Below are positions 59,001 to 64,000 of a stretch of 64,000 nucleotides of DNA, in pieces. Source of the DNA: Chrysomallon squamiferum (lineage: Eukaryota > Animalia > Mollusca). Position 1 is the first letter of the stretch. The number at the start of each line of letters is the position of its first letter. The position numbers were made by a program, and so were the translations under genes. A model generated the notes under the pieces. The model worked only from the letters and a program-made list of their open reading frames with translations. It did not search any database and had not been told where the DNA came from. The stretch covers positions 13,082,001-13,146,000 of the forward strand of contig CM022676.1 in assembly GCA_012295275.1 (NCBI GenBank), written 5' to 3'.

Positions 59001-60822
59001 AGGTTATCTTTTATTAAATTTAATTAAAACGAAAATTATTTTGTTAGTAGTAGTACCAGTAGTAAAATAAAATAAAATATGTATAAAAACGATGAAAATA
59101 AATACGTATGAAATGTTTATATGTTCTAAAATTTCTCAGAATAAATATATATAGCTTTATAGTTAAATCATTTAATTGAATTTTATCATGTTTGTTAATA
59201 TTGAATGTATTACCTTTTTATGTTTTATTCCAGTTACAGAGTATATATGTATTAGTGTATTACTGTTTATACAGCTCTGAGTGTAAGATTGCATGTGTGT
59301 TTTCGTGTATCTCTATTCGAATGAGTATATTTATTTTCTTGTGTTACAGAATTTGATTCATTTTCAGTGGAAGCATCTTACATTTCATTCATTTCCATAC
59401 AATATTTATCACTCTTCTCTCTGCTGATTTTTAGTATAATCCATTCACACATCTGAAAGGTTTTCTTTCTTTCTATTAACAATAGAAATTGTCTTAACAA
59501 GCAGGCGGAAAATTATATATATATACAGTGATACCTTGACTTACGAGTTTAATTCGTTTTGTGACCGAGCTTCAGTTGGGGCACTCGTAAGTCAATATAT
59601 CCCTGCGCGCGCGCACACACACACACACATATACACACACATTAATACATTTTACGGTTTTATAATAAAAAGATGAATTTGTTTGATATTTATTTTGTAA
59701 TTACAATTTTATAACAACATTATTGCTTGTATCTAATTATTAATCACCTTTCCATGGTATACATTTAAAAAAATATATATAATATCAACCATCATTAAGC
59801 ATTGATAATTGTTACTGAAGAATAGAATGTTACTATGGTATTTAATTACTATTAATAATACTAATAATAAAATAGTGTTTCTTTCGTTTACAGAAAAACA
59901 ATTATAAGTGAAATATTAATATCATTTACATCTGTAGAACAGCAAAATGGTATTATATATGTTATTTAACAATTACATCTTTAGAAGAAAAAAATTGTAT
60001 TATACTTTATAGTTGTTATTTACCTGTTACAGCTTCAGAAGAACGGAGTGGTTCTAGTTCTCTGCTTGGTGCAGCTGTAGGAGGAGCTGTTGGTTCTTTG
60101 ACTGTCATTGTTGTCATAGTGATACTTGTTTTTTTGCTTAGAAGACGTGGACCATTTTCAAACAAATCTGGTATCTTCTTAAACAATCTGCAAACTGTGA
60201 TAATTAAACAATAATACTAACTGTCTTGTAGGTTATTTTCTTCATTGTGAACCCTTCAATTATAATAATCTATACCTGAAGATTCTTACCTTTTAGAATA
60301 ACGGTAAAAAAACAACAACACAAAAACATACAATAAAATGTTTCACAAATATTACATAAAATTACGTTGTAGCATTAATACTTGTAGTACCAGCAGTAGT
60401 AGTGGTTGTTGCTGTTTTTGTAACAGTTCAGTATTTTCCTGAACACAATTCTAAATGTTGTAATGTTTTGTCTATCAGTTTCTGATTTCTGTTACCTTTA
60501 CAGTTATGGAACATCCTAGTCCAGTTACAGACCAAACATACGAAGGACTTCAACAAAACAGAGGTACTACTGAATACTCAAGAATTGAGATGTACGAAAA
60601 TCTAAGACAAACTGGTAAACATAATTATATTTCTTAACCTATAATGAAATCAGTGTTATTTTAAAGAGAATATATTTTATTTAAACGTTTAAAATTAGTT
60701 CAGGTGCTGTAAATAACACTATAACAGCTGACCACACGTATCAAGGTCTGCAAGAAAGCAGAGAAAAACCACAATACACTAAACTGAACCTGTATGAAAA
60801 TCTGAAGAAAAGTGACAAATGA
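47971..60822 (+). CDS. G4: IgSF type-I membrane receptor (leader, V-like Ig, 8 further Ig, FN3, TM, tandem-ITAM tail type A); frameshift at ~54165 in sixth Ig exon
   Basis: Exons 47971-48025, 49925-50230, 50858-51196, 52328-52591, 52754-53074, 53447-53743, 54020-54303, 54839-55105, 55452-55748, 58173-58811, 60033-60170, 60504-60614, 60704-60822 (TGA). Exon lengths 264/267/297/111 match the paralogous exons of G3/G1. Confidence 0.85.
55975..56037. repeat. (TA)n microsatellite
   Basis: Direct inspection. Confidence 0.95.
56690..57710 (-). mobile_element. 5'-truncated, degenerate non-LTR retrotransposon (3' end of RT ORF with Cys/His motif) in a G4 intron
   Basis: Minus-strand ORF pieces ISGELGWYPL..RMITFW and KFRTANAKLPIETGRW..RKCHIC..GDEYHYIFEC; the 3' end on the minus strand is AATAAA followed by (TGTCAT)n. 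Clade not determined. Confidence 0.85.
58825..59005 (+). pseudogene. Degenerate second copy of the FN3 C-terminal half (G1-type) behind the G4 Ig-FN3 exon
   Basis: gacaatatgagcaattacgtcatctttcaagtaattacaaaag|gttatc matches 13532-13580; contains a stop and indels. Confidence 0.8.
59526..59600. mobile_element. Paralogous copy of the pogo/Tigger-like MITE remnant
   Basis: cagtgataccttgacttacgag ... ctcgtaagtcaa at the same intron position as in G1. Confidence 0.5.
60504..60822 (+). CDS. G4 cytoplasmic exons, one ITAM-consensus motif each
   Basis: DQTYEGLQQNRGTTEYSRIEMYENL and DHTYQGLQESREKPQYTKLNLYENLKKSDK*. Confidence 0.85.
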
Positions 60823-62377
60823 TATTATTATAATGAAGGTAACTTTACATTGTGTACGTTTTTAATCAATATGATAGCTATTGTATTCTATCTACTTACA
60901 CTGATACTTCACGTTTTTTTTGAAAGAAGCTAAATTCAATAAACAGAAACTAACTGTTTAACTGTTATATAACACAATATAAGAAAATATTTTCTAGTGA
61001 AAAGAAACACCAATCGTGTCAGACGTTTCCTTGAAAATACATTTCTAAGGAATTGCTTTTCTAAATTGAAGACAAAGAGAGAATTCTAATATTATTATGA
61101 ATAAAGGAATTGAAAATGAAATGTATAAGAAAAAAAAAATTCATATGCTGACTATATCGTGTAGTCTCTCTTATTCCATACATTTTCACATGAATACATA
61201 AAATAACAGACTGGTTTCATTTTTCATTTATTTATTTATTAAGTAAATCAGCGTTTGTTCTATTTCGTAAATGTTGATTATGTTTCTCGATATTTCCTTT
61301 CAAAATAAATATCATGTTAAATTTTTTATTTTTGTTGTACTTATATCATCTTATACTCAATAAATTTGACGAAATGTTTTAAAGAGTAGCACACATATTA
61401 TTATCATTATTATTATAATAAAGTGAAACAATAACATTTGTTGTAAATTTAATAATAATGATAATAATAATAATAATAACAACAACAATAACAACAACAA
61501 CAATAAGCAGAATAATAAAAAAATAAATAAATAAATAAAAAATAAATAAATACCGCAGATGAATTTACTGAATGTTTTCATTCAAGAATTTATATGGAAA
61601 CATCATAAAAGTGTGTTTGTGGTAAATATTCATACAGGGAACATTCCAAAATAAACACTTGCTTCTTTATGATGGTTGCACATTTCAGGAAGAAAGATAT
61701 TACAGTTCAAACGCATTTAGATGTGATTTTAGGATCAAAATGTTTGAGAAGAATTAGACATTAAGTATTGTTACAGTGAGTATTACGAACTTGTCCAATC
61801 AAAATCCCAGAAACAAATAATCTTTACAGCTTATGTGAAAAGAAGCCAAGTGCATCTTAAAATTTTTAAAAGAATAAAACATACAAAAAGAAAATGTCCT
61901 CCAATAACTAAAAGTTTGTAATGTACTAATAGCAAACACTAGCATAATAAATACATTTAGTTTAAAAGATATTTCTTTATTCTTAATTATAAATTTTTTT
62001 ATTAATATTTTTATGTTCATTAACAAACTTTATTTACATTAGAAGGTAGCGTTGAGAAATGTAAAGCAGACAACTGAAAGTAGATTCCTTAAAAATGAAT
62101 ACGTTAAGTGGTATTAGGAACATTAATCAAGTAAAAATATCAAAGCTATTTAAGTACGTCTTCTTAGAATACGAAGAAATCAAAATATATTTCATATATT
62201 TCTAATATGCTTTCTTTGTCAGCTGAAAATTAATTAACTGTATCAGAAGACAAAATACAGCCTCCACTTTGCACACCATCATAGAAGATTTAAACTGAGA
62301 ACGAACTTTGTTTTGCAGTGCACACGTATTCACGTGCAGGACAGTTTTGCATCTTCTAGATTTTCCATTAATACAAG

Positions 62378-62436
<59 letters not shown>

Positions 62437-63049
62437 TAATCATAATAATAATAAATGTTTTGCAGTTTTTGTCGATTACATTTTGTATTTATTTATTTAC
62501 TTATTTATTTTATGTTATTATTTAAAAAAATATTTCTTAAGTTCCTTATATCTATCTATCTATCTATCTCTCTTTATATATATCTGCATGCCCCATTTAG
62601 ATAAATAATAATTGTTGATGCAGTAATCTAAGTCAAGTTAATAAGTGAGTTGTCAAATTCTAGTGTAGTTATCAGACATACATTTTATGTTGAGTAAAAA
62701 TGTACTGTATGTGAGGAAATGGATTAAATTTAATTACATTTACTCTTGTGTGTAAGTTACAAATGAATCATTTTAAGTATTGTACATAATGCTTCATCAG
62801 ATTATATATTAAAAATTAAAACTGAGACTGACATCAAACCCTAATCCTAGCAACCCTGGCCAAGGCCTAAACCCTCTTTGTAAAAAAAATAAAAAAAAAA
62901 ATCAAAAAAAATCAAGAAAACAAAATTTGATTCAATAAATTATTAATTAATATCCATCGTATTCTTTATTATGTTTTAGGAAATATTTGCATTTAAATCT
63001 GTTCCTAACTTTAATAAGAAATGTCCTGGATTTACTGAATTAATTTGTT

Positions 63050-63088
<39 letters not shown>

Positions 63089-63123
63089 TTATTGTTATTG
63101 TTAATTTTATTATTTATTATTAC

Positions 63124-63154
<31 letters not shown>

Positions 63155-63784
63155 GTTGTTGTTGTTGTTGTTGTTGTTCCTGTTATTGTTGTTGTTTTAC
63201 TTTATTTTTTTTTTAGTTTTTTATTCTAAAACACATTTTTAATATTTTTAACATTTGACATGTTTTATCTACAAAATATTTCTAACCCAAGTCTTCCCCA
63301 TAACCATAACCATAACTCTAAATATGTCACAAAATAAAGTCTAGAAAACAGAAAGGGAAACTACTTCTACTACTACTCCCACTACTAGTTTTACTACTAC
63401 TAATAATAATAAATACATAAACAAAAAACAAACAAAAAAGATTGCAACAACAAACTATTTATTTTTCATTTATTAAGAAAGAAAGCAAGATTACGTAGAG
63501 AACAAATTGATTTTAATTTGATATTTATTCCATATTGTGATCATATTTTAATTTTTAATATGTAAATGTAAAGCTTGAATAAGAAATAAAATAAAATTAA
63601 ATTAAATAAAAAAAAGTTAAAAAAATACTGAATAAAATTTCTAAACGAAGTAAATAAAAAGAAAAAGTGCAAATTATAATTCTTTTCTCATAAAAGCCAA
63701 AAATTGTAAAAGGTTAATGCTTAAAGTAACTTCATAGTAATTTAGTATTATTGTTATTGTTATTATTATTATTATTATTATTAT

Positions 63785-63852
<68 letters not shown>

Positions 63853-64000
63853 TATGGAGGGGAGGTTAAAATACAGTTCTACCACTGATAAATGTAAATA
63901 AATAAATGAAAGAAAATAAAAATAAAAGCAAAATATATACATTTAGGATCAGTTTCAACAAAAAGGAAATTAACGGTCTAAGGGGAATAACTCTAAAATA

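Overview
AT-rich, intron-containing animal (invertebrate-like, plausibly molluscan) genomic DNA with a 200-N scaffold gap at 26521-26720. The window is a tandem, same-strand (+) cluster of four immunoglobulin-superfamily type-I membrane receptor genes (G1 ~929-15367, G2 ~28605-35809, G3 ~36904-45830, G4 ~47971-60822). Each has a 55-nt signal-peptide exon, a highly divergent V-like N-terminal Ig exon, 4-8 further Ig domains on mostly phase-1/phase-1 exons, one FN3 domain, a TM exon and a short tyrosine-motif tail. There are two tail types: type A (G1, G4) with two tandem ITAM-consensus motifs each followed by YENL, and type B (G2, G3) with one ITAM plus YQDV and a terminal YENTV. The genes are mosaics that share ectodomain exons and tails in different combinations. 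They are preceded by 13 intact, broken or inverted copies of a promoter+leader-exon cassette. Each gene carries one frameshift that I could find, always in an in-frame-skippable exon. Also present: two orphan 33-nt Ser/Thr micro-exons in a ~5.7-kb block absent from the paralogous position, a ~1.3-kb-arm palindrome abutting the gap, a non-LTR retrotransposon fragment, small MITEs and many microsatellites. Gene models were spliced by eye; no expression or database evidence was available.
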